From: an uncultured bacterium | GTDB lineage: Bacteria; Fidelibacterota; Marinisomatia; Marinisomatales; UBA1611 | Direction: 5' to 3' | Assembly: GCA_943788175.1 (NCBI GenBank) | Contig: CALSPG010000002.1 | Location: 1 to 64,000 of the forward strand | DNA: 64,000 bases | Part shown: piece by piece, positions 62,001-64,000 of the stretch | Position numbering within the stretch: position 1 is the first letter of the stretch | Layout: every line of letters starts with the position of its first letter | Made by a program: the position numbers and the translations under genes | Notes under the pieces: generated by a model | Databases searched by the model: none | Told to the model about the DNA's origin: nothing | What the model saw: the letters and a program-made list of their open reading frames with translations, nothing else

Positions 62001-64000
62001 TTAGCCTATTTTAAGATGAAGTCGGAAATATTCGAAGAGTTTCTTGTAAACATGTTTTCCTGCATTATTACCATAAATGCCATGATTTCTTGTTGGATAA
62101 TACATGACATCAATCGGTTTATCTGCTTGAATACATGCTTCAATAAATTTTGTAGTGTTCTGAGCATGAACATTATCATCGTGGGTACCATGCATTAGAA
62201 GCAGCTTCCCTTTTAACTTATCAACATAGGTTATTGTTGAGGTCGAATCGTATCCAATCGCGTTTTCTTGGGGCAGGCCCATATATCTTTCTGTATAGGC
62301 TGTATCATAAAGTCTAAAATCTGTTACCGGCGCAACAGCGACACCAACATTGAATAGATCCGAATGTTTGGTAAGCATCAGACACGTGAAGTAACCACCT
62401 CCACTCCAACCCCATGCTCCGATACGATCTTTATCCACATAACCTTGATCAATTAAATAGTTTACTCCGGTAGCATGATCTCTTGAAAGATAATGCGCCA
62501 TATCACCATAGCTTAAGTTTTTAAAATCTCTACCTCTTCCTGACATTCCTCGCGCATCCATAGAAAAAATAATATACCCCTCCTTGGCTAAGAATTGCTG
62601 AAAGCCACCCTGCCAACGATTTTGTACAATTTGAGTCCCAGGCATTCCGTAGCCATGAACAATCATAGGATACTGTTTGCCTTCTTCATAATTATGGGGA
62701 AGCGTAACAATTCCATTTAGAATGGTTTCATTATCATCGGCTAGAAATCGAACAATAGAAGGCTTTGATAAATTAGTTTGATCAAAATTTGAGAGGTCCG
62801 TTGTTCCTAAGGTTCGTAATAAGGTTCCATCGCTACTACGAAGCCTAATTGTTCTGGGCTGATCAATCGAGGAGTAGGTATCAATAAATGTTTTGCCATT
62901 GGGGTTCATCGAAACAGAGTGAGTCCCTGGTTCAGGTGTTAATAGTTTTAGTGCAGTACCATCAAAACGAACAGAATAAAAATGTTTTTCAAGAACGGAT
63001 TTTTTATTGGACATAAAAAATATAGTTTCATTTTTTTCATCTACATGCACGATCTCTTTTACTTCCCACTGCCCGCTAGTCACCGGAACCGTAAAACGAC
63101 CATCTGTTCTTTCAAGGTACATGTGTTGGTAACCATCTCGTTCTGAGATATGTAAGAATAATCCATTTTTGAGAATTTGGTTTGTCTCATGAAGTTCAAC
63201 CCATCCATCAATATCTGTCTCCGTGAGACCTTTCATCGTCCTACCACTTGAGATATCGGCGTAGATCATTTGCCACTTTTTTTGGAGTCTCTCAAGCTTC
63301 ATCACCCAAAGATTATCATTGTCATACCACTCAAACCAAGGATAATAGACACTGGTATCTTGATCAAGACTAATAAATTTCTTTCCACCTCCTTGAACAT
63401 TAACAACCGCAATTTTTATAGATGGGTTTCGTCGTCCTGCTTTTGGATAATACACTTTTTGAATATCTGGATAAAGTTGAAGATCATCTATCATACTAAA
63501 CTGACTTACTTCAGACTGATTTTCTTCAACAAAAGCAATAAAGCGACTATCAGGTGACCACCTGTAGCCATCATAACCACTTAATTCTTCTTCATAAACC
63601 CAACCATAATGTCCATTCAAAACAGTTTCCGAACCCGTTCTGGTTAGCTTTTTTTCTCGGTCACGGTTAATGTCGTAAACATATAGGTTATTATCATCAC
63701 GGACATAAGACACCCATCTATTATCAGGAGAAATCTTCACGTTTCGTAGATTTTTATTTTTTTTACTTACTTTTATTAAGGATCTATCACTGATACGTAA
63801 TATGTAATAACTGCCTTTATTAGAGTGCCGCCATATTCTATTTCGCTCAGACTGAATCAGCATCAGTCCTTTATCTTTAGAAAAACTCCAGCGCAGGATT
63901 GGGATATCTTTATTTTTGTATCTAAAAACGCTACTATCTAAATAAACTACGGTATCCCCAAGCGCAGGATCCACAGTGTAAAAAGAACGTCTATTCTCTG
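62001..64000 (-). CDS. Dipeptidyl peptidase IV (S9B), 5' end probably outside the window
   Basis: GWVYEEE, YPKAG, GWSGGG, DDNVH. Confidence 0.93.
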   Translation of the reverse strand, partial: ENRRSFYTVDPALGDTVVYLDSSVFRYKNKDIPILRWSFSKDKGLMLIQSERNRIWRHSNKGSYYILRISDRSLIKVSKKNKNLRNVKISPDNRWVSYVRDDNNLYVYDINRDREKKLTRTGSETVLNGHYGWVYEEELSGYDGYRWSPDSRFIAFVEENQSEVSQFSMIDDLQLYPDIQKVYYPKAGRRNPSIKIAVVNVQGGGKKFISLDQDTSVYYPWFEWYDNDNLWVMKLERLQKKWQMIYADISSGRTMKGLTETDIDGWVELHETNQILKNGLFLHISERDGYQHMYLERTDGRFTVPVTSGQWEVKEIVHVDEKNETIFFMSNKKSVLEKHFYSVRFDGTALKLLTPEPGTHSVSMNPNGKTFIDTYSSIDQPRTIRLRSSDGTLLRTLGTTDLSNFDQTNLSKPSIVRFLADDNETILNGIVTLPHNYEEGKQYPMIVHGYGMPGTQIVQNRWQGGFQQFLAKEGYIIFSMDARGMSGRGRDFKNLSYGDMAHYLSRDHATGVNYLIDQGYVDKDRIGAWGWSGGGYFTCLMLTKHSDLFNVGVAVAPVTDFRLYDTAYTERYMGLPQENAIGYDSTSTITYVDKLKGKLLLMHGTHDDNVHAQNTTKFIEACIQADKPIDVMYYPTRNHGIYGNNAGKHVYKKLFEYFRLHLKIG

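Overview
This is an AT-rich bacterial window. Many secreted proteins end in a T9SS-type-A/FlgD-Ig-like C-terminal tail, so I infer an FCB-group marine organism, possibly Marinimicrobia; this cannot be verified here. Positions 1-38 kb hold a long, almost entirely minus-strand run of unrelated accessory genes (hydrolases, phosphatases, GNATs, modular secreted proteins). This run is punctuated by about 15 copies of a ~40-bp element (minus-strand consensus ATGAAAAAATATCTATTCATCGTTTTATTGGTTGGGGT). The element encodes a start codon plus a signal peptide (MKKYLFIVLLVGV), has a ~20-bp palindromic core and usually sits on or near the stop codon of the previous gene. It is either fused in frame to an unrelated mature domain or left as an orphan stub. 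One gene is duplicated exactly from element to element, which suggests an integron-like cassette array whose junction site doubles as a signal-peptide donor. Positions 38-51.5 kb hold tandem islands bounded by three 3' fragments of tRNA-Arg(CCG). These include an ~11.4-kb integrative element with a frameshifted tyrosine integrase, an excisionase-like HTH, a Rep-like protein, an HNH nuclease and a giant secreted protein. Positions 51.5-64 kb look mostly like core genes (two DPP-IV peptidases, pxpBCA, dinB), plus an orphan terminase small subunit and an unusual repeat-containing protein. All family calls come from motif recognition by eye, with no database searches.
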